DNA of 64,000 nucleotides from Microbacterium sp. (GCA_031555515.1 JAVBUG010000158.1:1591-65590), one strand, 5' to 3'; positions 38,050 to 47,056 are shown, counted from the stretch's first letter. Notes: generated by a model from the sequence alone, not told the origin. Numbers and translations: made by a program.

Positions 38050-38197
38050 GCACGGGATTGAGGGGTGCCGCCCCAGTCCCATGCGGCACCCCTCGAGGTT
38101 CGGCGGCGAAGACCCATAGCCGATTCATCGTCCCCAAGAGGGTCTTCTGTCAGCCGCTCCCCGACCCCCCGTCGGCGAAGCGCAAGCCGTTCCGCAG
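38050..38197 (-). ncRNA. Candidate structured small RNA downstream of the CHAT gene
   Basis: Promoter-like element at 38203-38233; hairpins at 38161-38175, 38108-38147 and a 12-bp stem at 38060-38094; G-rich loops; no credible ORF. Confidence 0.4.
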
Positions 38198-38202
38198 ACC
38201 AG

Positions 38203-38233
38203 GAGCACGCAGCATCCGTCCTGATACACGGAT
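38203..38233 (-). promoter_or_regulatory. Putative ECF promoter, copy 2 (ATCCGTGTATCA-N15-GCTC)
   Basis: Same 12-mer and same spacing to GCTC as the element upstream of the sigma gene. Confidence 0.6.
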
Positions 38234-38245
38234 CGCGAAGAAATC

Positions 38246-40732
38246 TCAGAAACCGGCGCCGTGCACCTGGAACGGGGCCACGATGCCGGTTTGGACGGAT
38301 GCTGCAGCCAGCGCCTCGGAGGGCCCGACGCCCGCCGCGAGCCCCTCGTGCATCGCGCCCAGCAGCTCGCATGCGTCGTCATCGGCGACGATCACCGGCG
38401 CGGCGATCACCGCGCGGGCGCCGGCGTGCAGCCACACGCGCGTCATGCCGATCGCCTCTTCTCCCCAGCGGACCGAGGACCGTCCGACCTCGCAGGCCGA
38501 CAGCACGACGGTGTCGGGCACCTTCTCGATGAGATCGATGTCGTAGCCGAACAGCGTGCCGTCGGCGAGTTCCAGGCCCGAGAACATCGGGTTGTCGACC
38601 GCGTGCCGGCCGTGCGCGGCGACGTGCAGGACGTCGACCTCGGAGGCGAGGCGGGTGGTTGAGGCGATGTCGGCGTCCGACAGCACGACGGGCGTCGCCC
38701 AGGCTCCGGCCGCGGTGACGACCTCCTCCCGTCCGCGCGGCACACGGGGGCCGACGGCGAATCCCGCCGCAGCGGGCGGGGCGGCGGCGACCCGCCGGAA
38801 TCCCTGCCAGCGCGAAACCGACGCCGCGAGCGTGAAGGCGCGGCCTCGCAGGGCGGGAAGCATCGCCCACGGGATGCCGCTGAGCACCCCGGGTGCGGTG
38901 AGGACGATCCGCCGCGAGCCGACGAAGCGGAGCACCGGGTCGAACAGCGTGCGCGACAATGCCGCGAGCCTCTCATCGAGCGATCGCTGCACCATGGGAC
39001 GGAACCCGGAGCCGAGCGGCCTCGACGCCGACATATCGAGGTCTGCGCGCAGACCCCCCATCAGCTCCCGCACCGGCCGCCAGTCACCGAGGTGGACGAG
39101 ACGCGCATCATCCGCGCTGATGACGACGGCCGCGAGGCGGTCGCCGGTGTAGATGAAGGCGAGGATCGCGGCGTCCGCTCCCAGCTCGCTCCGCGCTTCC
39201 TCGATCCCCACCCGGCGGAGCACGGCAGCGGCTCCGGTCGACGACCACTGACGCTCACGCGCCCGGCTCTGCAGCTCCTCCGCGCGAGGGCCCGTGAGCC
39301 CTTCACCCTCGCCCTGTTCGGCGCGCAGCATCCGGAGCTCCGCGAGATCTTCCGCGAGGGCCGCATCCGGCGGTGGACGCAGCGGCGCGACCTGGAAGCT
39401 CAGGTGTCTTGCGCGCTCCGACCAGTCGAAGACCACATCGGGCCGGCCCGAGTGCACCGCGGCCGCCAGACCCGCCCGGATCAGGCCGTCGCCGTGCATC
39501 GTCAGCGAGGTCTGCAGATCGAGGCTTCCGAAATCGCGCTGCCAGTCGAAGAGCGCGTCGAGGCCGGATGCTGCGTGCCGCCGTGCGTCGGCGTGCCGGC
39601 CACGCGCCTCCGCCTTGGCGGCGAGCACCTCGTGCTCGAGCACGCGCACCTCCATCGTCGCTGTCGGCGGGATCCGCACGCGGCGTCCGTCCGGCCGGCC
39701 GTGGCGCGCCTCCCACAGCTGGCGTGCCAGGCGGAGAGCGGCACCCTCGGTACGGAAGCCGTGCCGTTCCAGCGCGCCCGCGACGCCGTCGACCTCTTCC
39801 TCCGACGGCACGCGACGCGGCGGCGCGGCGCGTACCCCGTTGCGCAGCACCTGTCCTCCGGCGAGCTCTGCACGCATCGCGAGGGCCTCCGCCCGAGACC
39901 CCCAGGTGTCGTTGCTGAAGCCCCGGAAGTGGCGGGCCGCCGCGCGCGCGACGCGGCGCGCTCGTGCGGGATCGTGGGAGAGGAGCGAGCGGGCGAGCTG
40001 GAATTCCGCCTCGGCGCGCTCCTTCGGCATCCGGGTCTCGCCGAACGTCGTGGCCGCGCTCGCGAGGAGGACTTCCGCCTCGCGGGTGAGGCCGGCCTCG
40101 CGCAGCACCGTGGCCCGATCGAGATCGCCGATCGCCGCGTTCCCTCGCGAGACGCCCGAGATGGTGATGCGCGCCGCGGTCATCTCGCTCAGTGCGGAAA
40201 CGATGTCGCCCCGCAGCAGGTCGATGTATCCGAGGTTGTGCCGGGCTTCCGCGGCATCCACCGGACGCTCGGCGTCGGCGAAGATGGCGGCAGCCGACGA
40301 GGTGTCGTCGGCAGCCCGGTCGAGGTCGCGACGCTGCATCCCGATGAGCCCTCGATTGATCAGCATGTTCGCCCGGGCGATCGGATCGTCCGTCGTGTCG
40401 ATCGCGCGGCTGAGCCACGTATCGGCGTCGTCGAGCCGACCGCCGAACTCTGCGATCGCCCCCATCTGCCCTTCCAGGATCGCGATCGTCTGACGCGAGA
40501 GCCCGTCGGTGTTCAGCGCGTCCAGACAGAGCCGCTCGGCCTCGACGATGTCGCCGGTACGCGCGCGGATCACGGCGAGTGTGCCGGCGATCCGCGCGAG
40601 CAGGTCGGGGTCTTCGGTCAGTGCCCGGGCGCGCGCCAGGGCACGCTCAGCGGCCGCGAGCCTCCCCTGAGTGGCCCGATCGACCGCCTCGCGGTGCAAC
40701 GCCGCCGCGGAAGTCCCCATCGCACTCATCAT
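38246..40732 (-). CDS. TPR + CHAT (caspase-like) protease
   Basis: N-terminal TPR-like helices (ARHNLGYIDL); catalytic His LHVAAHGRH and Cys VVLSACEVG; start may be 40720. Confidence 0.9.
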   Translation of the reverse strand: MMSAMGTSAAALHREAVDRATQGRLAAAERALARARALTEDPDLLARIAGTLAVIRARTGDIVEAERLCLDALNTDGLSRQTIAILEGQMGAIAEFGGRLDDADTWLSRAIDTTDDPIARANMLINRGLIGMQRRDLDRAADDTSSAAAIFADAERPVDAAEARHNLGYIDLLRGDIVSALSEMTAARITISGVSRGNAAIGDLDRATVLREAGLTREAEVLLASAATTFGETRMPKERAEAEFQLARSLLSHDPARARRVARAAARHFRGFSNDTWGSRAEALAMRAELAGGQVLRNGVRAAPPRRVPSEEEVDGVAGALERHGFRTEGAALRLARQLWEARHGRPDGRRVRIPPTATMEVRVLEHEVLAAKAEARGRHADARRHAASGLDALFDWQRDFGSLDLQTSLTMHGDGLIRAGLAAAVHSGRPDVVFDWSERARHLSFQVAPLRPPPDAALAEDLAELRMLRAEQGEGEGLTGPRAEELQSRARERQWSSTGAAAVLRRVGIEEARSELGADAAILAFIYTGDRLAAVVISADDARLVHLGDWRPVRELMGGLRADLDMSASRPLGSGFRPMVQRSLDERLAALSRTLFDPVLRFVGSRRIVLTAPGVLSGIPWAMLPALRGRAFTLAASVSRWQGFRRVAAAPPAAAGFAVGPRVPRGREEVVTAAGAWATPVVLSDADIASTTRLASEVDVLHVAAHGRHAVDNPMFSGLELADGTLFGYDIDLIEKVPDTVVLSACEVGRSSVRWGEEAIGMTRVWLHAGARAVIAAPVIVADDDACELLGAMHEGLAAGVGPSEALAAASVQTGIVAPFQVHGAGF

Positions 40733-40760
40733 GCCGTGCGGGACGATGGAGGGCGAGAGG

Positions 40761-42455
40761 TCAGCGCGCCGGCGCCTGGATCTTCTCCAGTGCGCGGGCG
40801 ACGCGCGTCCGGGCCTTGAGCAGCTCGGAGTTGCGTCGCGTGATCTCGGTCAGCTTGCCGCTCATGAGCTGCGGGGCGAGCTCGGCCGCAATACGGGCAG
40901 CCACATACGGCGCGGCGAACGAGGTGCCGCTCCAGACCCCGAAGCCGCCGGCGAAGTCGTCAGGGTCGATCGTCTCGCGCGACAGCAGTCCACGATCGTC
41001 GCGCACGGTCGGCTGGAGCCCGCCGTCGAAGGGCGGGAACGTGCTCATCACGGCGGCGCCGGGGGCATACATCGACACCCACGGCCCGATGTTGGAGAAG
41101 AGCGCGACCGTCCCGTTCGGGTTGAGCGCGCCGACGGCGACATGAGGGGCTGCCGACCTCGGATCGGGCACGACGAAGTCCGGTTCGCGCCACTTCCAGA
41201 GCTTCGCCGGCTCGCGCCAGTCCCACAGCGCGGCCGGAAAGGTCGGTCGGTCGGTCGCGTCGTTTCCGGCCGAGCACACGATGGCGCACCCCCGACGACG
41301 GGCAGCCCGCAGCAGCTCGCTCAGCGTGCGGTCGAAGAGGTCGTCCTCGGGTGTCTCGTGGTAGTACCCCAGCGACAGGCTGATGACATCCACCTGCCGA
41401 CCGCCTTCGCGCTCGGTGCGGGCCATCCACTTCACGAGCGAGCGGACGGCGAGCATGAACGCGCCCTCGAGGACGAAGCCCTCGCTGTCGGCGACGCGGA
41501 CGGCGATGATGTCGGCCTCGGGCGCGACCTGACGGATGATCCCTGCGATGAAGGTGCCGTGCCCGGCCGATCCGTCCAGTGCGCCGTCCAGCGGTCCGGC
41601 CAGGTCTCCGGTCGTCTCGGGGTTCGCGCTGTCTGCGTCGTCGACCCCGATGGAGCGCTTGTCGAGCTGGGGATTGCGCGTGACGATGTCGTCGGGCAGC
41701 CACGGGTGCGTACCGCAGCCGGTGTCGAGCACAGCCACCACGGGGCGGCGCCCCTTCTTCGCCAGGTGCTCGCGCCGCACCGGCTCGGGCCCGAGGTAGT
41801 TGACGACCTGACGGCCCGCACCCTCATCGGCCTCCTCGGCTCCGAACGGATTGGTCCGGGTGCCGTAGGGGTTCGTCCGTGTGCCGTAGGGGTTGGTGCG
41901 CGTGCCGTACGGATTCGTCCGGGTGCCGTAGGGATTGGTGCGCGTGCCGTACGGGTCGACCGTCAGGACGTGGTCGAGGCTCACGCCGCGGAAGTCCTTT
42001 CCGTTGCGCGCGCGAGCGCGCTGCAGCAGGCGCCACGCGTCGATCGGCGGCACCGGCTGGTCGTCCCGATCGGGGCTCGGCTGCGGGAAGATGTCGACCC
42101 GGTAGATGGTCGGCAGGTCGAGATCGCGGCGGCCTCGGCGGGCACGATCGATCGCCTCATCGATGTCGAGATCGCTCTTGTCGAGGTTTCGCAGCCGGAT
42201 CCCCCAGCCGAAGTCCTGCGCCGCCGGGATCAGCGCAGCGAGAACCGGGCGCAGGTCTTCGGTGGTCGTGACCAGCAGGTGATCGGGTGCGTAGGACGTC
42301 GGGTACGCGTGCACGCCCTCCACCGGCTCGCTCGTGGGGTCCAGGGCGGCGCCCTCGCCGAAGGCCGCGTCGTAGCGGTCTCGCCAGGTCCGGCCGCCGC
42401 GGCCGCCGCCGGCGGCTGATCCACGGGCGGGATCTCCAGGGGGAAGGGTGCTCAT
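40761..42455 (-). CDS. Cytoplasmic S8 (subtilase) protease with tandem PYGTRTN repeats
   Basis: Triad VLDTG / GHGTFIAG / SGTSFAAP, oxyanion SAGND; no signal peptide. Confidence 0.9.
   Translation of the reverse strand: MSTLPPGDPARGSAAGGGRGGRTWRDRYDAAFGEGAALDPTSEPVEGVHAYPTSYAPDHLLVTTTEDLRPVLAALIPAAQDFGWGIRLRNLDKSDLDIDEAIDRARRGRRDLDLPTIYRVDIFPQPSPDRDDQPVPPIDAWRLLQRARARNGKDFRGVSLDHVLTVDPYGTRTNPYGTRTNPYGTRTNPYGTRTNPYGTRTNPFGAEEADEGAGRQVVNYLGPEPVRREHLAKKGRRPVVAVLDTGCGTHPWLPDDIVTRNPQLDKRSIGVDDADSANPETTGDLAGPLDGALDGSAGHGTFIAGIIRQVAPEADIIAVRVADSEGFVLEGAFMLAVRSLVKWMARTEREGGRQVDVISLSLGYYHETPEDDLFDRTLSELLRAARRRGCAIVCSAGNDATDRPTFPAALWDWREPAKLWKWREPDFVVPDPRSAAPHVAVGALNPNGTVALFSNIGPWVSMYAPGAAVMSTFPPFDGGLQPTVRDDRGLLSRETIDPDDFAGGFGVWSGTSFAAPYVAARIAAELAPQLMSGKLTEITRRNSELLKARTRVARALEKIQAPAR
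41841..41954 (-). repeat. In-frame 21-bp tandem repeat, (PYGTRTN)x5 + PFG
   Basis: Five units identical in protein, differing at synonymous positions. Confidence 0.95.
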
Positions 42456-42528
42456 GTCGTCTCCTCACACACATGGGAGCCGCGGCCCCCAGGCCGCGGC
42501 ATCCGATCTTCGTATCTCGAACTGGTTG

Positions 42529-42996
42529 TCAGACTTCGAACTGCGGGGTCTGGAAGTCGCGCAGCGCCCCGTCGGCGTCGCGCACCACCAGGCGAAGCCG
42601 CGCCACCCCGGGCGTGACCTCGTCGAAGGCGAAGCGTCCGTGCTCGCCCGGTTCGGCCGACCACTCGCGGTCGCCCTGGATCAATCGGATGGCGAGGGCC
42701 GTGGCATCCACCCATCCGTCCACGCGTCGCTCGCCGCCCTCGGTGGCGGTGACGTGCAGCAGGACGCTGGTCGTGCCGTCGCTGAACTGCAGCGTCGCGG
42801 TGTCGGTCTCGCCCCGCACGGCGGCGAACGTCCCCTCGACGAGCGTCAGGAGGGCATACTCCCGCGACAGGTCCTCGACGGCGACCGCGGCGACCATCTG
42901 GTCGACGAGGCCGGCCGGCACGGGGTCGACGTCCTCCCACATGCGGCGCATTCGTGCGAAGAGCGCGGCGTCGGCCGCAAAGTCTTCAGTTTCCAT
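42529..42996 (-). CDS. Putative soluble anti-sigma / sigma partner
   Basis: Overlaps the sigma stop; N-terminal helix (MWEDVDPVPAGL), AVRG, beta-rich C-terminus (RVDGWV, HGRFAFDEVTPG); no TM. Confidence 0.6.
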   Translation of the reverse strand: METEDFAADAALFARMRRMWEDVDPVPAGLVDQMVAAVAVEDLSREYALLTLVEGTFAAVRGETDTATLQFSDGTTSVLLHVTATEGGERRVDGWVDATALAIRLIQGDREWSAEPGEHGRFAFDEVTPGVARLRLVVRDADGALRDFQTPQFEV

Positions 42997-43612
42997 CGTC
43001 GTCACCTCTCCATCCGTCTCCCTCGAGTACGGCGCGTAGCTTCGCGAGGCAGCGCTGGCGGGTCGGTCCGATGGATCCGATGGGCATCGCGAGGTCTTCT
43101 GCGATGCGGGCATAGTCGGGGCGGTCCTCGAACGCGACGATCCGCAGCAGGCGCTGGCATCGTTCGTTGAGCGTGGCCACCGCTGTCCAGAGGCGACGTG
43201 TCTCGTCGTCCTGCGCGGCGGTCTGCTCGGCGGATTCGTGGACCGGAAGGTGCGGTTCGAGCGACTCGGCCTCCGTGGCATCGGCACGCCGATGCTGTTT
43301 GCCGACCCGCCACGCCTCACGGCGCGCGCACATCGTGAGCCATCCCGACACCGCGAGGGGGTCGTTGATGGTCTCGTGACGGCGTACGAGCGTCAGCCAG
43401 GTCGTCTGCACGACGTCCTGCGCCAACGCAGGATCGAGCCCGTACGCCCTCACGACGTGCCATAGCGGCGGCGTCATCAGGCGGACGAGTTCGTCCATCG
43501 CGCGGCTGTCTCCTTCACGCCACCGCACGAAGAGTGCGGCGGCGCGCTCCCATCGCGCCGGCTCCACGGAGTCGACGGATGGTTCGGCGCCAGCCTGCGT
43601 CATAGCGCCCAT
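42986..43612 (-). CDS. ECF RNA polymerase sigma factor
   Basis: Region 2 AQDVVQTTWLTL..WL...ARREAW; region 4 YARIAEDLAMPIGSIGPTRQRCLAKLR; start 43612 or 43603. Confidence 0.9.
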   Translation of the reverse strand: MGAMTQAGAEPSVDSVEPARWERAAALFVRWREGDSRAMDELVRLMTPPLWHVVRAYGLDPALAQDVVQTTWLTLVRRHETINDPLAVSGWLTMCARREAWRVGKQHRRADATEAESLEPHLPVHESAEQTAAQDDETRRLWTAVATLNERCQRLLRIVAFEDRPDYARIAEDLAMPIGSIGPTRQRCLAKLRAVLEGDGWRGDDDGN

Positions 43613-43630
43613 TCTGTCCACACCATGCCC

Positions 43631-43661
43631 GAGCGCGATAGTGCGGGTTTGATACACGGAT
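43631..43661 (-). promoter_or_regulatory. Putative autoregulatory ECF promoter, copy 1 (ATCCGTGTATCA-N15-GCTC)
   Basis: Lies about 20 nt upstream of the sigma start; twin of 38203-38233. Confidence 0.6.
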
Positions 43662-43727
43662 ACCGGGTGAATACCCACGGTTTCGGGCGTCTCCCAGCTG
43701 GGCCGAGCGGAGACCTAGACTGCGTGC

Positions 43728-44471
43728 ATGACGACCGCGCCGCTGCTCTATGTCTGCGTGCGCCCGCAGCTGGGTGCGGCGGCCGCCGAGTACGAGTCCT
43801 TCCGCACCGCGATGCACCTCGACGAGAGCCGCCTCGCCCACCTCGACCTGGTGCGCGAGCCGCTCCCCGACGACGTCTTCGAGCGCTACGCCGGCTTCCT
43901 CGTGGGCGGGAGCCCGTTCAACGTCACCGACCCCGAGTCGACCAAGACCGACGCGCAGCGACGCCTCGAGGCGGGCCTCGCGCGCATCGCCGAGCGCACC
44001 GCGACGGGCGACGGTCCGGCCGCCCTCTTCACCTGCTACGGCATCGGAATCGCCACGCGCACCCTCGGCGGCACGGTGAGCCGCGCCTTTCCCGAAGACA
44101 CCGGCCCGGTGGCGGTGCAGCTCACGAAGCAGGCGGCCGGCGACCCGCTGTTCGGCCACCTCGCCAACCGGTTCACGGCCCTCACCGCGCATAAGGAGGG
44201 GACCGACAGCCTGCCGCCGGGCGCGGTCCTGCTGGCGCGCAACGATGGATGCCCCGTCCAGGCGTACCGGGTGGGCGACCGGCTGTACGCCACCCAGTTC
44301 CATCCCGAGCCGACCACGAAGGCATTCACGGAGCGCATGGCCGTGTACCGCGACGACGGCGACTTCGAGTCGGCGGACTACGACGCGATCGCCGGACGCG
44401 TGCTCGCAGCATCCGTGACCGAACCGACGCGTCTGCTGCGCGCGTTCGCCGACCGCTTCGCCGCCGCCTGA
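43728..44471 (+). CDS. Class I glutamine amidotransferase-like protein
   Basis: VGGSP, FTCYGIG (Cys nucleophile), TQFHPE. Confidence 0.85.
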   Translation: MTTAPLLYVCVRPQLGAAAAEYESFRTAMHLDESRLAHLDLVREPLPDDVFERYAGFLVGGSPFNVTDPESTKTDAQRRLEAGLARIAERTATGDGPAALFTCYGIGIATRTLGGTVSRAFPEDTGPVAVQLTKQAAGDPLFGHLANRFTALTAHKEGTDSLPPGAVLLARNDGCPVQAYRVGDRLYATQFHPEPTTKAFTERMAVYRDDGDFESADYDAIAGRVLAASVTEPTRLLRAFADRFAAA

Positions 44472-45278
44472 TCACACCTCGGCGTTGCGGGCCGCGGTCA
44501 ATTCACGCGCCGCGGTGCCGACGAGCGCCGTGCCGAGGATCACGACGGCGACCACGATCGCCGTCACGCCGATCGCGGTGCTGTGCGGCTCGCCCTCGAG
44601 ACGGCCGACGGCGAGCCAGATCAGCCCCCATGCCAGAGCGAGCGCGGGCCCGAGGCGCCAGCGGCTCGCGATCTCGATCCCGAGGCCGATGACGGCCACG
44701 GCGATCAGCACGACGACGCCCCACAGGTCGGCCGACGCCTCCCACTCGGGCGGAGCGATCGACGTCAGCCAGGCCGCGATGTTCGCGACGGTCGCGAGGG
44801 TCACCCACCCGAGGTGCAGGCCCGTGACCCCGTCGACGAGCAGCCGGTCGGCCCAGCCGTCGGCGGGCTCGATGACGGTGCGGCTGAACGTGACGCCCAG
44901 AAGTGCCAGCAGCACGATGATCGCGAGCACCGTGAGCGCCAGCGACCCGAACTGGGCAGTCACGAGCCACAGCCCGTTGAGCGCCATCGTGCCGGCGATG
45001 AGATACCCGAGCGCGCGCTGCCGCTCGCTGCCGCGCTGGCGCGGCAGCGCCTGCCACACCGTGTACGCGAACAGACCGAGGTAGATGGCCGTCCAGATCG
45101 AGAAGGCCGGCCGCGCCGGTGCGAGGTACGAGCCGTCCTGGTCGAGCGCGCCGTCCTGCAAGGCCTGCACCGGCGTGCCGCCGAACAGGCCGGTGCCGAC
45201 CATGGCGGCCACGATCATGAAGCAGAACGCGCTGATGACGATGATCTGCCGGGCGAGGTCCTTGGCGGTCATGCTCAC
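44472..45278 (-). CDS. TspO/MBR-related tryptophan-rich membrane protein
   Basis: APARPAFSIWTAIY, LNGLWL, LHLGWVTLATVAN; multiple TMs. Confidence 0.7.
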   Translation of the reverse strand: MSMTAKDLARQIIVISAFCFMIVAAMVGTGLFGGTPVQALQDGALDQDGSYLAPARPAFSIWTAIYLGLFAYTVWQALPRQRGSERQRALGYLIAGTMALNGLWLVTAQFGSLALTVLAIIVLLALLGVTFSRTVIEPADGWADRLLVDGVTGLHLGWVTLATVANIAAWLTSIAPPEWEASADLWGVVVLIAVAVIGLGIEIASRWRLGPALALAWGLIWLAVGRLEGEPHSTAIGVTAIVVAVVILGTALVGTAARELTAARNAEV

Positions 45279-45348
45279 ACGCTAGGGCGGGGCGCACCCC
45301 TCGGTGAGGGCTCTTGACATCGGGTCCTGCGGCCGATAGCCGTCGCGG

Positions 45349-45834
45349 TCACGCGCCGTGTGGCGGGTCGATCAGCAGGGCGACGCGCTCCGAGAGATAC
45401 GCCTCGAGCGGCATGAGCCCCCCGGCGGCGCTCCATCGCACGCTGGGCACGCCATCCGCGGGGAACAGCGGAGCGGATGCCTCGCCCCTGTCGACGGCGC
45501 CGGGCTGCAGCATCCGCCATCCGATGTGCACGGTCTCGCCCTCGGCGAAGCCGCCGCGTCGTGCGGCGGCGGCGAGCTCGGCGCGCTGTCGCTGCGACTC
45601 GGCGGTGTAGCCGCGGCGGGCCTCCTGACGGGCGCGGATGATGTCGCCGGTAGCGAAGACCGCGTCGTCGGTGAGCAGCAGCACTCCGAGGTGCCACGCC
45701 GCACCGCGCCGCTCGATGCGCGGCGCGCGCGCCACCCCCAGGAAGCGCTTGGGCACGACGAGCTCGCCGAGGGCCTCACGGGGCGCATCGGCGAGCCGCG
45801 AGCGCGCGGCGTCGAGGATCTCGAGGGTCGTCAC
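45349..45834 (-). CDS. Conserved hypothetical protein
   Basis: Coupled (GTGA/ATGA-type overlap) to the antiporter; GC-biased codons; AWHLGVLLL, RRGYTAES. Confidence 0.6.
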   Translation of the reverse strand: MTTLEILDAARSRLADAPREALGELVVPKRFLGVARAPRIERRGAAWHLGVLLLTDDAVFATGDIIRARQEARRGYTAESQRQRAELAAAARRGGFAEGETVHIGWRMLQPGAVDRGEASAPLFPADGVPSVRWSAAGGLMPLEAYLSERVALLIDPPHGA

Positions 45835-47033
45835 GCCATGTCGTCCAGGAGCGACGGGCTGGCCTTCAGCTTCTCGCCGCGCAGCGCCATGCCGACGAGC
45901 GGGAACAGGGGCACCGACAGCATGCCGCCGGCCACGAGCACGGTCTGCTGCGTCGTGTCGAGGATCTTCTCGTCCACCCCGATCTGTGTCACGGCGACGA
46001 TGATCGGGAGACCTGTCGCCCCGAGGAGCGCGATCGAGAGCCGCTCACGGCGGGACGACCCCTCGGGCGCCGCCAGCGTCGACGGCAGTCCGCGGACCAC
46101 GAACAGCGCCACCAGCACCACGGGCACGAGCCAGAACAGCGCGGGCTCATCGAGCAGCCCCTGCAGGTCGAAGGTGATGCCGGTGTAGATGAAGAAGATC
46201 GGCACCAGGAAGCCGAAGGCGACGCCCTCGATCTTGCTCTCGACGGCGTGACGGTCGTGCTCGGAGGCATCCCGCATGAGCAGGCGCCAGATGATGCCGG
46301 CCGTGAACGCACCGAGGAGCATGTCGAGGTCGAGCACCACGCTCAGCGCGACGAGGGCGGCGAGGATCACGAACACCACGCGGATCGCGAACTGTCCCGA
46401 CGTGTGCAGGGTCGAGTTCACGAACGAGTGCATGGCGCCGCGCGGGATGCGGAACGCGAGCCAGATCGCGAGTCCCGAGAAGGCGGCGAACAGCGCGAGC
46501 ACGATGGTGGACAAGCCGGGTTCGCGCCCACCGAGGAAGATCGAGATCGCGATGAGCGGCCCGAACTCGCCGACCGCGCCGATCGCGGCGACCGCCTTGC
46601 CGAAGGGCGTGGGCAGCTCGCCGGCGTCGCGAAGGATCGGCAGGAGCGTGCCGAGCGCCGTCGAGCACAGCGCGACGCCGATCACGATGGCGGCCTCGCC
46701 CGGCGCGAGCAGCCAGCCGGCCGCGATGCCCGCGGCCAGGCTGATGATCCACCCGAACGACGCGCGCCGCCCGAGGCGGCCGCGGAACGACCCGAACTCG
46801 ATCTCCGTGCCCGCGACGAAGAACAGCATCGCGAGCCCGAAGTTCGCCAGCGTGTCGACGAACGCGCTCGGGCCGGCCCAGCCGAGCACGGCCGGACCGA
46901 TGAGGATGCCGAGCACGAGCTCGAACACCACCACCGGCACGCGCACCCATCGGCCGAGGCCGCGGGCCAGAATCGGAGCGAGCACCCCCAGCAGCGGGAT
47001 CAGCAGGAGCGTCGAGGGTGTCAGACCATCCAC
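45831..47033 (-). CDS. Cation:proton antiporter (CPA2/Kef-type)
   Basis: PVVVFELVLGILIGP, STALGTLLPIL, FLVPIFFIYTG; about 12 TMs. Confidence 0.88.
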   Translation of the reverse strand: MDGLTPSTLLLIPLLGVLAPILARGLGRWVRVPVVVFELVLGILIGPAVLGWAGPSAFVDTLANFGLAMLFFVAGTEIEFGSFRGRLGRRASFGWIISLAAGIAAGWLLAPGEAAIVIGVALCSTALGTLLPILRDAGELPTPFGKAVAAIGAVGEFGPLIAISIFLGGREPGLSTIVLALFAAFSGLAIWLAFRIPRGAMHSFVNSTLHTSGQFAIRVVFVILAALVALSVVLDLDMLLGAFTAGIIWRLLMRDASEHDRHAVESKIEGVAFGFLVPIFFIYTGITFDLQGLLDEPALFWLVPVVLVALFVVRGLPSTLAAPEGSSRRERLSIALLGATGLPIIVAVTQIGVDEKILDTTQQTVLVAGGMLSVPLFPLVGMALRGEKLKASPSLLDDMA

Positions 47034-47056
47034 GCGAACAGACTAGCCAGCCCCGG

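Noticed and set aside
37406-38137. 243-aa minus-strand ORF as the target of promoter copy 2
   Set aside because: Runs through a strong hairpin and antisense to the LysR-domain gene; shadow-like composition
41841-41954. 21-bp repeats as a CRISPR array
   Set aside because: No spacers, in frame within a CDS, and variation is synonymous
38246-43612. CHAT plus sigma as a type III-E CRISPR-associated protease locus
   Set aside because: No cas genes or array in the window; only a mechanistic analogy
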